DNA from: Myxococcota bacterium | Lineage (GTDB): Bacteria; Myxococcota_A; UBA9160; UBA6930 | NCBI GenBank assembly: GCA_965223415.1 | Contig: OZ245002.1 | Coordinates: 4,416,001-4,480,000, forward strand | DNA length: 64,000 nt | Reading direction: 5' to 3' | Part shown: piece after piece, positions 38,222 to 49,021 of the stretch | Position numbering within the stretch: position 1 is the stretch's first letter | Layout of the letters: each line of letters opens with the position of its first letter | Notes under the pieces: model-generated | What the model was told of the DNA's origin: nothing | Seen by the model: only the letters and a program-made list of their open reading frames with translations | Database searches by the model: none | Made by a program: the position numbers and the translations under genes

Positions 38222-39102
38222 CACGACGCGGCTCCGGGCTCGTTCGACGATGGGCCTCTGGGATCGCTGGCGCCGGGCGGCGGCAGGTCGTAGCGGGCCC
38301 GGAGCTCGGCGATCCATTCCTCGAGCGCCCGAGCCCCGCGCTCGGCGAGGAGCGACTCGCGCACCTCGGTGCGCACGGCGTCCAGGGGCACGGGGCCCTC
38401 GGGCGTGCGGTCGTGGAGGTACACCCAGTGGTGTCCGTAGGCGGAGGCGATCGGTCCGGACCAGGCCCGATCTCCTGCGGCGAAGGCCTCGCGTGCGAAG
38501 TCCGGGCCCAGCAGCTTGGCGAGCTCCCGCTCCGCGTGGCGGGGCAGGTGCATCGGAATCGGCAACGGGTGGGGAAGGGCGCGCAGGGCGGGGTCCTCCG
38601 GGTCCGGCGGGTCGGGCAGGCGGTTCGCCACCGCCCGCGCCGCCTCGGGGGTGCGGAAGTAGAGCTGGGTTGCCGTCACCCGGGCCGGTCGCCGCCAGCG
38701 CTCCGGGTGGGCATCCAGGTAGGCCTGCAGCTCCTGCTCGGTGGGAGCGGGGTGGCGGCCGCGCTCCTGGCCGAGCAGGCGAAGCTTCTGGACCAGCCGC
38801 CGCCTCACGACCAGATCGCTCTCGTGCATGCCGAGCGCCAACGCTTCCTCCACCAGGTCGGCGTCGCTGCGCGCCTCGTCGGCTCCGGCGAAGCGCATGT
38901 TGCGGGCGAGGCGCATGCGCACGATCGAGTCGCTCTCGTGGTAGCCCCGCAGCACGGCCTCGCGGAACAGGAGCTCGTCGTCGCTGAGCGCCGTCCCGGG
39001 AGGCGCGGGGGGACGGTTCGCGTCGGCGACGCGGCCCATCAGCCCGTCCGCCAGGAAGAGCGTCACGCCCAGCACGACGAAGCGGAGGAGCGGCCGTTTC
39101 AC
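38221..39102 (-). CDS. PpiC-type peptidyl-prolyl isomerase (Rotamase_2-like)
   Basis: [23 protein letters not shown]; start GTG 39102. Confidence 0.78.
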   Translation of the reverse strand: MKRPLLRFVVLGVTLFLADGLMGRVADANRPPAPPGTALSDDELLFREAVLRGYHESDSIVRMRLARNMRFAGADEARSDADLVEEALALGMHESDLVVRRRLVQKLRLLGQERGRHPAPTEQELQAYLDAHPERWRRPARVTATQLYFRTPEAARAVANRLPDPPDPEDPALRALPHPLPIPMHLPRHAERELAKLLGPDFAREAFAAGDRAWSGPIASAYGHHWVYLHDRTPEGPVPLDAVRTEVRESLLAERGARALEEWIAELRARYDLPPPGASDPRGPSSNEPGAAS

Positions 39103-41018
39103 GAGCTCTCCTCGCCGGCGGGCCGATACCAGATGGGCGAGGTCCAGGCGCGCTCCTGGACGACGGGCCGGTGGTCCTCGCTGCAGCAGGCTTCGTAGCC
39201 CTCGCCGATCGTCGCCGGGTCGGCGCAGTCGACGCCGGCGGCGAGGCACAGGCGCTGGCTCCAGCGGCAGGTCGGGTTCTGCAGCACGCGGGCGTAGTAG
39301 AAGGCCGGCTGCTGCGGGTCGAAGGCGGGGTCGCGCCACACGCTGCAGAGCGAACGCGCGCCCACTCCGCGCGGCTCGCAGGTGGTCGGATCGACGTCGG
39401 CCCCGTTCGGGCCGCCGGCCACGTCGAAGACCTGCTCGCGAGGGGTGTCGCCCTCGAGCCAGCCCTTCACGATCTGCACCCGCTGCAGCGGGACGCCGGG
39501 GCGCCCTGGCGGGCCCGGATCCTGGAGCGCCCAGACCGCCAGGGCCGGGGCGCCGACCTCTGGCGGGCGCGGACCGAGATCGGCGCCCATCGGCACGCCG
39601 CCCTCGTAGCCCTGCTCGACGAAGTCGTCGCTCCCGCACAGCGCGGCGGAGGTGTCCCATCCGCCGAACAGGCGGACGGTCAGGCGCGGCCCGCTCGTGC
39701 CGTAGACCTCGCGGCGCTGCATGGCGGCGAACAGCGCGTCCCGGCTGTTCTCCTCGGCCCACACCACCGCCAGCCCGCCGGGGCCGAACTCCGGGTTGTC
39801 CGGCAGGCCCGGCGGCAGCGCATCGGCGGCGGGATCACCGGCGCCCCCGTGGCCCGGGTAGTCGGACTCGGCGACCAGGCCTGGCGTTCCGAGATGGGTA
39901 TCCGTGCTTGCAACGAGGCCGTAGCGGAACGGGTTGGCGCCGAGCTCTCGCTCGAGGCGCAGGCCTTCCTTCAGGGCGTGGCGAACGAACTGGCTCGGCC
40001 GCGGCGTCGAGTCCCCTCCGGAGAACTGGGCCCCGAAGCTGTCGACGGAGAGCTTCTCGAAGCCGCAGGCCTCGTCGGTGGTGTCGCCGCCGAGGAGGCA
40101 CTCCGAGTCGCCCTTGTGCTGCATGACCTCCACCAGGGGCTCCCAGCGGGCGCGCCGCCGTGCCTCTTCCTCGCCGATCGGTGCGCCCACCTCCGCCGCG
40201 GAGAGGAACAGCAGGCCTCCGTCCAGGTTCGAGTTGTGGGGGATCGTGAGCACGTCGCAGCCGGGCATGGCGCCCAGGCACTCCCGATCGAGTGCGTCCC
40301 AGAGATCCCTCGCGGTGACGCCAGTCTCCATCACGCTGATCGGCAGCTCCGGGACCCGATCGTTCCGGAAGACGACGTTGCGGTGGAGGTTCTTGCCCGT
40401 GGCGCCGCTGGCGGTCCACTCGTAGCCCACGAAGCTGGTGAAGCGGCAGCTCGGGGTGCGGTCGTAGGCGGCCTCGGCGGCGGCCCGCGTGTCGTCCCAC
40501 ACCGTGCGCGCGGCGTTCAGACAGTGGACGTCGTCCTCGCCGCAGAAGCCCCAGCGCTCGCCGCCGTCGCTGTAGCTGAAGTTCATCGCGTAGAAGGCGA
40601 TGCGGGGGAAGCTGCGATACAGGTGGCACACGAGCGAGCCGTGGCCCGGGGAGCCCGGCGTCTTGCACACGTGCACCTCCCCGATCTGCTCGGCGTGGTC
40701 GGTGACCACCGCGAAGTCCAGGGGCCGGTCGAGGCGAACCGTGCGCTGGGGCAGGCCGTCCGCGTCCCAGGGCTGGATGCCCAGGGCCTCGCCCTGCGCG
40801 AAGGCGTAGGCGTCCCGGGGCGTGCTGCGGGTTCCCTGGGTGCTGGCGTCCTGGCTGTAGCCGGTGTGCACGTGGGTATCGCCGAAGAAGGGCCGGCGCA
40901 GCGGGTCGTGCTGGCTGCAGGGCTCGCGGGTCTCGGTCCGTGCGAAGGGCGGGGCAGCGGCGTGCGCCGCCGCGCTCGCGACGGCCCAGACGAGGACGAT
41001 GAGGGCGATCTTCGGCAA
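39099..41018 (-). CDS. DUF3604 domain secreted protein
   Basis: [50 protein letters not shown] after GGAGG. Confidence 0.88.
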   Translation of the reverse strand: MPKIALIVLVWAVASAAAHAAAPPFARTETREPCSQHDPLRRPFFGDTHVHTGYSQDASTQGTRSTPRDAYAFAQGEALGIQPWDADGLPQRTVRLDRPLDFAVVTDHAEQIGEVHVCKTPGSPGHGSLVCHLYRSFPRIAFYAMNFSYSDGGERWGFCGEDDVHCLNAARTVWDDTRAAAEAAYDRTPSCRFTSFVGYEWTASGATGKNLHRNVVFRNDRVPELPISVMETGVTARDLWDALDRECLGAMPGCDVLTIPHNSNLDGGLLFLSAAEVGAPIGEEEARRRARWEPLVEVMQHKGDSECLLGGDTTDEACGFEKLSVDSFGAQFSGGDSTPRPSQFVRHALKEGLRLERELGANPFRYGLVASTDTHLGTPGLVAESDYPGHGGAGDPAADALPPGLPDNPEFGPGGLAVVWAEENSRDALFAAMQRREVYGTSGPRLTVRLFGGWDTSAALCGSDDFVEQGYEGGVPMGADLGPRPPEVGAPALAVWALQDPGPPGRPGVPLQRVQIVKGWLEGDTPREQVFDVAGGPNGADVDPTTCEPRGVGARSLCSVWRDPAFDPQQPAFYYARVLQNPTCRWSQRLCLAAGVDCADPATIGEGYEACCSEDHRPVVQERAWTSPIWYRPAGEESS

Positions 41019-41153
41019 CGGTCCTCCCGCCGAGGGCAAGCCTCCGGCCGTGGGGGGCGGAGCATAACCGGCCGGATCCGGGGGGCGAAACCGCCTCTCT
41101 CGAGCGCCCGCTCGGCTCGATTCGCCCACGCCCAAGTGATACGGTGGCCCGTC

Positions 41154-42833
41154 ATGGCTCGCCTGAACCGCTTCTCGCGCCGTCTGACCCAGGAGAAAGC
41201 CCAGGGCGCCTCCCAGGCCATGCTCCACGCCGCCGGCCTCACCGATGCGGACATGGACAAGGCCCAGGTCGGCATCGTCGACATGGCCTACGAGGGCAAC
41301 CCCTGCAACATGCACCTCGGCCTGCTGGGCGAAGCCGTGAAGGAGGGTGTCGAAGAGGCGGACCTGGTGGGCCTGCGCTTCCACACCATCGGCGTGTCCG
41401 ACGGCATCTCCATGGGCACCGAAGGCATGAGCTTCTCGCTCCAGAGCCGCGACCTGATCGCGGACTCGATCGAGACGGTGATGGGCGCCCAGTTCTACGA
41501 CGCCAACGTCTCGATCCCGGGCTGCGACAAGAACATGCCCGGCTGCCTGATCGCCATGGCCCGGGTGAACCGGCCGGCCATCATGGTCTACGGCGGGACC
41601 ATCCGGGCGGGGCGGAGCACCTCCGGAAAGCCGATCGACGTGGTGTCCGCCTTCCAGAGCTACGGCGAGTACATCGCCGGCACGATCACCGACGAAGAGC
41701 GCCTCTCGGTCATCCACCGCGCCTGCCCCGGCGCCGGCGCCTGCGGCGGCATGTACACCGCGAACACCATGGCCAGCGCCATCGAAGCCATGGGGATGTC
41801 ATTGCCCTACAGCGCTTCGACACCTGCCGAGGACGGCCAGAAGATCGAAGAGTGCCGGCAGGCAGGCGCCGCGATCCGCAGGCTGCTCGAGCGGGACCTC
41901 AAGCCTCGCGACATCATGACGCGCCAGGCCTTCGAGAACGCGATGGTGGTGGGGATGGTGCTCGGTGGCTCCACGAACCTGGTGCTGCACCTGCTGGCCA
42001 TGGCACGGGCGGCCGGCGTCGCCCTCTCGATCGACGACTTCCAGGCGGTGAGCGATCGCACGCCGCTCCTGGCGGACTTCAAGCCCAGCGGTGAGTTCGT
42101 GATGGAGGATCTCCACAAGGTGGGCGGCACGCCGGCGGTGATGAAGCTGCTGCTCGAGCACGGGCTCCTGGACGGTGACTGCATGACCGTCACGGGACGA
42201 ACCCTCGCGGAGAACCTGGCGGAGCTTCCCGGGCTCTCCCGGGGCCAGCACGTGGTGCATCCCATCGACCATCCGATCAAGGAGACGGGCCACATCCGCA
42301 TCCTGAAGGGCAGCCTGGCTCCGGAGGGGGCCGTCGCGAAGATCACAGGCAAGGAGGGGCTCTCCTTCACCGGCCCCGCCCAGGTGTTCGACTGCGAGGA
42401 AGACATGGTCGCCGCGGCGGAAAAGGGAGAGATCCGCGAGGGCTCGGTGATCGTCATCCGCTACGAGGGGCCGAAGGGGGGGCCGGGCATGCCCGAGATG
42501 CTCTCGCCCACGTCGATCCTCATGGGTGCGGGGCTCGGCGACAAGGTCGCGCTCATCACCGACGGCCGCTTCAGCGGCGGCTCCCACGGCTTCATCATCG
42601 GCCACGTCACCCCGGAGGCCCAAGAGGGCGGGCCCATCGCCCTGGTGCGCGACGGCGACCGCCTGCACATCGACGCGAAGCAGAACCTGATCGAGGTCGA
42701 CCTCCCGCCGGAGGAGCTCGAGGGCCGCCGCGCCGCCTGGACCCCGCCGCCCGTGAAGGCGACCCGGGGCACGCTCTTCAAGTACATCAAGAACGTGAAG
42801 TCGGCGTCCGAGGGCTGCGTCACCGACGAGTAG
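41154..42833 (+). CDS. ilvD: Dihydroxy-acid dehydratase
   Basis: [42 protein letters not shown]. Confidence 0.96.
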   Translation: MARLNRFSRRLTQEKAQGASQAMLHAAGLTDADMDKAQVGIVDMAYEGNPCNMHLGLLGEAVKEGVEEADLVGLRFHTIGVSDGISMGTEGMSFSLQSRDLIADSIETVMGAQFYDANVSIPGCDKNMPGCLIAMARVNRPAIMVYGGTIRAGRSTSGKPIDVVSAFQSYGEYIAGTITDEERLSVIHRACPGAGACGGMYTANTMASAIEAMGMSLPYSASTPAEDGQKIEECRQAGAAIRRLLERDLKPRDIMTRQAFENAMVVGMVLGGSTNLVLHLLAMARAAGVALSIDDFQAVSDRTPLLADFKPSGEFVMEDLHKVGGTPAVMKLLLEHGLLDGDCMTVTGRTLAENLAELPGLSRGQHVVHPIDHPIKETGHIRILKGSLAPEGAVAKITGKEGLSFTGPAQVFDCEEDMVAAAEKGEIREGSVIVIRYEGPKGGPGMPEMLSPTSILMGAGLGDKVALITDGRFSGGSHGFIIGHVTPEAQEGGPIALVRDGDRLHIDAKQNLIEVDLPPEELEGRRAAWTPPPVKATRGTLFKYIKNVKSASEGCVTDE

Positions 42834-42849
42834 TCGGGGCCGGACGACC

Positions 42850-44301
42850 TTGAGCGACTCGAGTGGACTCGATGCCTGGGTGAACGACGCGGTCGCGCCC
42901 TGGGCCGAGGGCCTCTCGAGCTTGATTTTCTTCGAGGTGCCGGTACTCGGCGCCCAGCTGCCGCTGGTCGTGTTGTGGCTGGTGGTGGGCGCCGTCTGGT
43001 TCACGCTGATGTTCCGCTTCGTGAACCTGCGCGAGTTCGGCCGCGCCATCCGCATCGTGAGCGGCCGCACGCCGATCACCCACGACCCGGCCCACGGCGA
43101 AGTGACCCACTTCCAGGCCCTCGCGACGGCGGTGTCCGGCACCGTCGGCATCGGGAACATCGGCGGCGTGGCCGTGGCGATCTCCTTGGGCGGGCCCGGC
43201 GCCTCCTTCTGGCTCCTCGTCGCCGGCCTGCTCGGCATGTCGTCCAAGTTCGTCGAGTGCGCGTTGGGCGTGATCTACCGGCAGGAGCACGAGGACGGCT
43301 CGGTCTCCGGTGGGCCCATGTACTACCTCTCCCGCGGTCTCGCCGAGCGCGGCCTGCCGAGACTCGGACGCGCCATGGGCGCCTTCTACGCCGCCGGCAT
43401 CGTGATCGGCTGCATGGGCATCGGCAACATGTTCCAGTCGAACCAGGCCTTCGTGCAGCTCGTCACCGTGACCGGCGGGCCCGAGGCGAGCTGGCTGGCG
43501 GACAAGGGATGGCTGGTGGGCCTGGTCCTCGCCGTGCTGGTGGCGGTCGTCATCGTTGGTGGCATCCGCAGCATCGCGCGGGTGACCGAGAAGATCGTGC
43601 CCTTCATGGCCGGGCTCTACCTCTTCGGCTGCGCGGTCGTCCTCACGATGAACGCGGAAGCGCTGCCCTTCGCTCTCGGGCAGATCGTCGGCCAGGCCTT
43701 CGCGCCGGAGGCGGTCTCCGGCGGCGCACTCGGCGTGCTGATCATCGGCTTCAAGCGGGCCGTCTTCTCGAACGAGGCGGGCCTGGGCTCGGCCACCATC
43801 GCCCACGCGGCGGTGCGCACCGACGAGCCGATGACCGAAGGGCTCGTCGCGCTGCTCGAGCCCTTCATCGACACGGTGGTGATCTGCAGCGCCACTGCCC
43901 TCGTCATCGTGACGACCCTCTACTACGAGCCGGACCTCTTCGCTTCCGGGCTCGGCGGCGTCGAGATGACGTCGGCCGCCTTCGAACGGAGCCTGGCCTG
44001 GTCGCCGGCGCTGGTGGCGGTGGCGGCGCTGCTCTTCGCCTTCTCGACCATGCTCAGCTGGTCCTACTACGGCCTCAAGGGCTGGACCTATCTGGTGGGA
44101 GAGGGCCGCCGCCGGGCCCTCGGCTTCAACCTCGTCTTCTGCGTCTTCGTGGCGCTGGGCTGCATGGTGAAGCTCCAGGCCATCCTCGACTTCTCGGACG
44201 CCATGGTCTTCGTGCTGTGCGTGCCGAACGTGCTCGGGCTCTACCTGCTGGCCCCGGTCGTGCGCCGGGAGCTGGCCGGGTACTACCAGCGCCATCCCTA
44301 G
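42850..44301 (+). CDS. Alanine/glycine:cation symporter (AGCS)
   Basis: TVGIGNIGGV, GGPG, GGPMYY, FSNEAGLGS, EPFIDT. Confidence 0.93.
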   Translation: MSDSSGLDAWVNDAVAPWAEGLSSLIFFEVPVLGAQLPLVVLWLVVGAVWFTLMFRFVNLREFGRAIRIVSGRTPITHDPAHGEVTHFQALATAVSGTVGIGNIGGVAVAISLGGPGASFWLLVAGLLGMSSKFVECALGVIYRQEHEDGSVSGGPMYYLSRGLAERGLPRLGRAMGAFYAAGIVIGCMGIGNMFQSNQAFVQLVTVTGGPEASWLADKGWLVGLVLAVLVAVVIVGGIRSIARVTEKIVPFMAGLYLFGCAVVLTMNAEALPFALGQIVGQAFAPEAVSGGALGVLIIGFKRAVFSNEAGLGSATIAHAAVRTDEPMTEGLVALLEPFIDTVVICSATALVIVTTLYYEPDLFASGLGGVEMTSAAFERSLAWSPALVAVAALLFAFSTMLSWSYYGLKGWTYLVGEGRRRALGFNLVFCVFVALGCMVKLQAILDFSDAMVFVLCVPNVLGLYLLAPVVRRELAGYYQRHP

Positions 44302-44349
44302 CCGGTGGATGCCCGGAAACCTGAATCAAAGCATAATGTTACGTGGTTA

Positions 44350-44375
44350 TTGACTAAGTCAATTGACTTAGTCAA
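44350..44375. promoter_or_regulatory. Perfect 26-bp palindrome; probable TetR operator over promoter
   Basis: TTGACTAAGTCAATTGACTTAGTCAA, 9 nt before the TetR ATG. Confidence 0.75.
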
Positions 44376-44384
44376 AATCGGCCG

Positions 44385-44981
44385 ATGCCCCATGCCCTCG
44401 GCCAGGAGGCGATTCGCGAGTTCCGCAGCGAGCTGTGCCGCGTCGCCGCCCGACGCTTCGCCGAGCTTGGCTACGCCGGGGTCACCCTGCGCGCCCTCGC
44501 GGACGAGCTCGGCTGCAGCCGCATGACCCCCTACCGCTACTTCAAGGACAAGGCGGACATCCTGGCCGCGGTGCAGGCGGAGGGCTTTCGGCGCCTCGCC
44601 GAGCTCCAGGAAGCGGCGGCCCCTGGCGCCGGCGACCCGGCGGCCCGGGTCCAGGCCGTCTCCCGCGCCTACCTCCGTTTCGCCGCCGAGGAGTCCGACC
44701 GCTACCGCCTGATGTTCGAGCTCGCCGCGCGGACCGAGCCCTCACCGGAGCTTCGGGAGCAGGCCCAGCGCAGCCAGCGCCCCCTGGTGGAAGCGGTGCG
44801 CGAGGCGGTGCGTGCCGGTGCCCTGGAGGGCGATCCCGTCACGGTGACCCATCTCCTGTGGGCCGCGCTCCACGGGCTCGCCTCCCTTCACCTCGCCGAC
44901 CACCTGCAGATGGGCCGCTCCTTCGAGCGGCTCTCGGACGAGCTGGTCGCCTTCCTGTCGCGCCCGACGAGGAGTGGATGA
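44385..44981 (+). CDS. TetR/AcrR family regulator (WHG-type C-terminus)
   Basis: VTLRALADELGCSRMTPYRYFKDK, WAALHG. Confidence 0.92.
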   Translation: MPHALGQEAIREFRSELCRVAARRFAELGYAGVTLRALADELGCSRMTPYRYFKDKADILAAVQAEGFRRLAELQEAAAPGAGDPAARVQAVSRAYLRFAAEESDRYRLMFELAARTEPSPELREQAQRSQRPLVEAVREAVRAGALEGDPVTVTHLLWAALHGLASLHLADHLQMGRSFERLSDELVAFLSRPTRSG

Positions 44982-45325
44982 TGGCTTTCGAGGACCTCGA
45001 GCGGGGACTGTTCCGCGCCGTGAACGCGGTCGCCGGCCCGCTCGTGCGGCGCGGGCTGGCCGGACCCTGCGTGACGCCGCTGGGCCTCGTCGTGCTCGAG
45101 CATACTGGCCGCAGCAGTGGTCGCACCTACGCGTCCCCCCTGCTCGCGCTTCGGCTCGGACGGCGCGTCGTCGTGACCACGGTGCGCGACGCGCGCTCCC
45201 AGTGGGTGCGCAATCTCGAGGCCGAGCCCGAGGCGCACCTCTGGCTGAACGGCCGCCGACGAGCCGTGCGCGCCGAGGTGCTTCGCCGCGAGGGGCTCGC
45301 CGTGTCGGTGCTCGAGCCGGCCTAG
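44978..45325 (+). CDS. Deazaflavin-dependent nitroreductase-like split-barrel protein
   Basis: LEHTGRSSGR..PL, SQWVRNL. Confidence 0.75.
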   Translation: MMAFEDLERGLFRAVNAVAGPLVRRGLAGPCVTPLGLVVLEHTGRSSGRTYASPLLALRLGRRVVVTTVRDARSQWVRNLEAEPEAHLWLNGRRRAVRAEVLRREGLAVSVLEPA

Positions 45326-45849
45326 GTCTCCTGGAGCCCCCGGGCCATCAGGATCTTTCCCGAGCGCACGAGCTCGAGCAGGCCCTGGGGGCGCAGCAGC
45401 TCGATGAAGGCGTCGAGCTTCTCGCTGGCGCCGAAGACGCGCAGGATCAAGGACTCGTTTCCGTAGTCGACGACCTTGGCGCCAAAATGCTCGGCGATCT
45501 GGAGGATCTCGGTGCGCGACGAGAGCGGCGCCTCGACCTTGACCAGGGCGATCTCCGTCTCGTAGGCGTCGTCGCCGGTGTGGTCGATGGCGTGGACCAC
45601 GTCGACGAGCTTCGCGAGCTGCTTGATCATCTGCTCGAGGGTCGTGCTTTCCCCGGAGCAGGTGATCGTCATGCGCGAGAAGTCTCCGCGGGCCGCCGGG
45701 CTGACCACCAGGCTCTCGATGTTGTAGCCCCGCCGGGCGAACACCAGGGCGACGCGCACCAGCACGCCGGGCTTGTTGGTGACGTAGAGCGAGATGGTGT
45801 GGATCGGGCGCGCCTCGGCACGCCGCTCGACGAGATCAGGTGCTGCCAC
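45322..45849 (-). CDS. ilvH: Acetolactate synthase small subunit
   Basis: NKPGVLVRVALVFARRGYNIESL, ELVRSG. Confidence 0.93.
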   Translation of the reverse strand: MAAPDLVERRAEARPIHTISLYVTNKPGVLVRVALVFARRGYNIESLVVSPAARGDFSRMTITCSGESTTLEQMIKQLAKLVDVVHAIDHTGDDAYETEIALVKVEAPLSSRTEILQIAEHFGAKVVDYGNESLILRVFGASEKLDAFIELLRPQGLLELVRSGKILMARGLQET

Positions 45850-45900
45850 TGGGCCTCTCCATCTGGGTGAGATCAAGTGCTCCCACTGGGCCTCTCCATC
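45832..45900. repeat. 32-bp direct repeat (2 mismatches) at the ilvB/ilvH junction
   Basis: gagatcaggtgctgccactgggcctctccatc (45832-45863) vs gagatcaagtgctcccactgggcctctccatc (45869-45900). Confidence 0.88.
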
Positions 45901-47594
45901 CGCTCTTTGGGCGGCTCGATGATCATGTTCGCCACCGGGGCGCCCGCCGGGATCATCGGGAAGACGTTGTCTTCCTTCGCGACCTCGGCCACCAGCACCA
46001 CCGGACCGTCGTGCGCCCGGGCCTCCTGGATCTTGCGGTCGACGTCGCCGGGGCGGCGGATGCGCAGGCCTTTGACGCCGTAGGCCTCCGCCAGCTTCAC
46101 GAAGTCCGGGTTGCCCTCCAGGTCGACGCCCGAGAGCCGGTTCTCCCAGAAGAGCTCCTGCCACTGGCGGACCATGCCCAGGAAGTTGTTGTTGATCACG
46201 AGCACCTTCACCGCCAGGCCGTGGACGGCGGCGGTGGCGAGCTCGCAGAGGGTCATCTGGAAGCCGCCGTCGCCGACCACCGCCCAGACTTCCTTCTCCG
46301 GCCGCCCGAACTTCGCGCCGATGGCGGAAGGGAAGCCGAAGCCCATCGTGCCGGCGCCGCCGGAGGTGATCCAGTCCCGCCCGTTGCGGCTGCGGCAGAA
46401 CTGGGCGGCCCACATCTGGTGCTGGCCCACGTCGGCGGTGACGACCGCGTTGCCTTCGGTCAGGGCGTCGAGGCGGTCGAGTACGTGCTGGGCGCGCAAG
46501 CCGCCCTTCTTCGCGTACTTGAGCGGGTAGCGCTCGCGCCAGCCCTCGCAGGCGGCGAGCCACTCGGCGGTGTCGAGGGGTCCGACCTTGGGGAGCAGAT
46601 CTTCGAGCACCAGCCGGGCGTCGCCCAGCAGGCACACGTCGGGCCGCAGCACCTTGTTGAACTCCGAGGCATCCACGTCGAGGTGGATCTTCGCCGCGTC
46701 GACGCAGAACTCGTCGACCTTGCCCGTGATGCGGTCATCCCAGCGCGCGCCGATCGCGAAGATGAGGTCGCAGTTCACCACGGCCTTGTTCGCGTAGGCG
46801 GTGCCGTGCATGCCCAGCATGCCGAGGTGCAGGGGATGGGTCTCGTCGGCGGCTCCCTTGCCGAGGAGCGTGTTGACGATCGGCGCCCGCAGCGTCTCGG
46901 CGAGCTCCATGACCGCCTTGCCGGCGCCGGAGATGACCGCGCCGTGGCCGACGTAGAGGAGCGGTCGCCGCGAGCGACCGATCAGCTCCGCGGCGGCTTC
47001 GACGTCCAGCGGGTCCGCGTGCCCCGGCACCCGGTAGCCGGGCAGGTCGATCTCGGCCGCGTGGGGCGCGTCGCAGGGCGCCTCGCTCACGTCCTTCGGA
47101 ACGTCGATCAGGACCGGCCCCGGCCGGCCGGTGCTCGCCAGGTGGAACGACTCGCGCACGACGCGCGGGATGTCGTTCGGGTCGCGCACCAAGGTGCTGT
47201 ACTTCACGACGGGGTAGGTGATGCCGGTGACGTCCGCCTCCTGGAAGGCGTCCTTGCCCAGGTTGCTGGTGAGCGTCTGGCCGGAGATCACCACGATCGG
47301 CGCCGAGTCCATCTGGGCCGTCAGGAGGCCCGTCACGGTGTTGGTCGCGCCCGGGCCGGAGGTCACCAGCACGACGCCCGGCTTGCCCGTGGCGCGGGCG
47401 TAGCCGTCGGCCATGTGGGTGGCTCCCTGCTCGTGGCGCACCAGCACGAGCTGGATCGAGGAGTCGACCAGCGCATCGAAGATGGGGATGGCGGCGCCGC
47501 CCGAGAGGCCGAAGATGTACTCGACCCCTTCGCGCTCGAGGCAGCGGATCAGCACCTCGGCACCGTAGGGTGTGTTGTCGGGAGTCGGAGGCAT
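45873..47594 (-). CDS. ilvB: Acetolactate synthase large subunit
   Basis: RHEQGATHMADGYAR, TSGPGATN, DVGQHQMW, GDGGFQM, GMVRQWQ. Confidence 0.96.
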   Translation of the reverse strand: MPPTPDNTPYGAEVLIRCLEREGVEYIFGLSGGAAIPIFDALVDSSIQLVLVRHEQGATHMADGYARATGKPGVVLVTSGPGATNTVTGLLTAQMDSAPIVVISGQTLTSNLGKDAFQEADVTGITYPVVKYSTLVRDPNDIPRVVRESFHLASTGRPGPVLIDVPKDVSEAPCDAPHAAEIDLPGYRVPGHADPLDVEAAAELIGRSRRPLLYVGHGAVISGAGKAVMELAETLRAPIVNTLLGKGAADETHPLHLGMLGMHGTAYANKAVVNCDLIFAIGARWDDRITGKVDEFCVDAAKIHLDVDASEFNKVLRPDVCLLGDARLVLEDLLPKVGPLDTAEWLAACEGWRERYPLKYAKKGGLRAQHVLDRLDALTEGNAVVTADVGQHQMWAAQFCRSRNGRDWITSGGAGTMGFGFPSAIGAKFGRPEKEVWAVVGDGGFQMTLCELATAAVHGLAVKVLVINNNFLGMVRQWQELFWENRLSGVDLEGNPDFVKLAEAYGVKGLRIRRPGDVDRKIQEARAHDGPVVLVAEVAKEDNVFPMIPAGAPVANMIIEPPKERMERPSGST

Positions 47595-47737
47595 GAAGAC
47601 GCTCCGGAACGGGGGTTGGCTTCGGAATCCTAGGCGAGTCACCCTGGGATTCCAAGAAGAACTTGGTCATCCCGAGGGGACCATGCTGAACAATCGGGCA
47701 TTCAGAGGTCAAAATTGATAGCCCCCAGGGGATTCAA

Positions 47738-48931
47738 TTGAAGGATCGCTACCTCTACGACGTGACCCGCGAGCTCATCGGGGCCGACACGGTCAGCCAC
47801 CACGCCAGCGCACCAGCCATGGCGAGGCTGGCGAACCGCCTGGAGACGCTGGGCTTCTCCGTCCGTCTCCAGGAGTGGGACAAGGGCCGGAAGGCGAACC
47901 TGGTGGCCGTGGTCGGGCCCGAACGGGAGGGCGGCCTGGTGCTGTCGGGCCACGTGGACGTCGTGCCCTTCGAGGGCCAGCCCGGCTGGACCCGGGAGCC
48001 TCTGGCCCTCTCGGAGGAGGGCGAGCGGCTGTACGGCCGTGGGACGACCGACATGAAGGGCTTCCTCGCCCAGTGCCTGGCGGCGGCGCGTCGGCTCGAT
48101 CTCGAGCGGCTCGAGCGTCCGCTCGTCCTCCTCTTCACCTCCGACGAGGAGGTCGGCTGCCAGGGAGGTCGGCGCCTGGCCGACGAGCTGCCCGCGCTCC
48201 TCGGCGACTGCCCGCCGCCGCGTCTCGCCTGGATCGGCGAGCCGACCCGTTGGCAGGTCTTCCACGCCCACAAGGGCGTAGCCGGCTTCCAGGTCGAGGT
48301 GCGCGGCGAGGGCGGGCACAGCAGCCGGCCCGAGGAGGGCGTCAACGCCATCGCCGTCGCGGGGCGGGCGCTGGCCGTGATCGGCGAGCTGCAGGAGGCC
48401 CTGCGGCGGGAGGGGGGCTCGGCGGAGATGCGCACGCTCTTCCCCGAGGCGCCCTACGCGACCGTCAACTTCGGCACGATCGAGGGTGGCACGGCCGCCA
48501 ACATGATTGCGGAGGCCTGTCGCTTCACCGTCAGCTACCGACCGCTTCCCGACCAGGATCCCCAGGCGCTGCACCGGCGCGTACGGGAGGCCCTGGCGGC
48601 CCTCGACCCCCGCGACTGGGGCTCTCCCGGTCGCCGCGCCGAGCTCGCCGTCTCCGAGCCCTTCGTCGCGCCCGGCATGCTCTCGGCGCGGGGGACGGAC
48701 CTGGAGGCGGCGCTCTTCGCCGAGCTCGGCGTCTCTGGGTCCGGAGGGGCGCCGTTCTGCACGGACGGTGGGCAGTTCGCACGAGCGGGAATGGAGTGCC
48801 TGGTTTGCGGCCCCGGCGATCTGGACGAGGCCCATCAGCCCGACGAGAGCATCTCCCGCGCCGCCTTCGAGGCCGGCCCGGACCACGTCCTGGCCGTGGT
48901 GCGGCGCCTGCTCGGCGGCCGGGAGCGTTAG
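47738..48931 (+). CDS. argE: Acetylornithine deacetylase (M20)
   Basis: SGHVDVVP, GRGTTDMKG, DEEVGC, GEPT, AHQPDE. Confidence 0.85.
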   Translation: MKDRYLYDVTRELIGADTVSHHASAPAMARLANRLETLGFSVRLQEWDKGRKANLVAVVGPEREGGLVLSGHVDVVPFEGQPGWTREPLALSEEGERLYGRGTTDMKGFLAQCLAAARRLDLERLERPLVLLFTSDEEVGCQGGRRLADELPALLGDCPPPRLAWIGEPTRWQVFHAHKGVAGFQVEVRGEGGHSSRPEEGVNAIAVAGRALAVIGELQEALRREGGSAEMRTLFPEAPYATVNFGTIEGGTAANMIAEACRFTVSYRPLPDQDPQALHRRVREALAALDPRDWGSPGRRAELAVSEPFVAPGMLSARGTDLEAALFAELGVSGSGGAPFCTDGGQFARAGMECLVCGPGDLDEAHQPDESISRAAFEAGPDHVLAVVRRLLGGRER

Positions 48932-49021
48932 ATCCGGCCCGCGCCCCCGGTGTGTCGATATCGGCTCCCCCTTCATTGGTTCCGACTTGAGTGGAGCACG
49001 GGGCCGCCCGATGAGTCCCCC

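Noticed and set aside
47595..47737. Ile/Leu/Val leader-peptide attenuator upstream of ilvB
   Set aside because: No short ILV-rich ORF or terminator/antiterminator pair visible; looks like a divergent promoter region.
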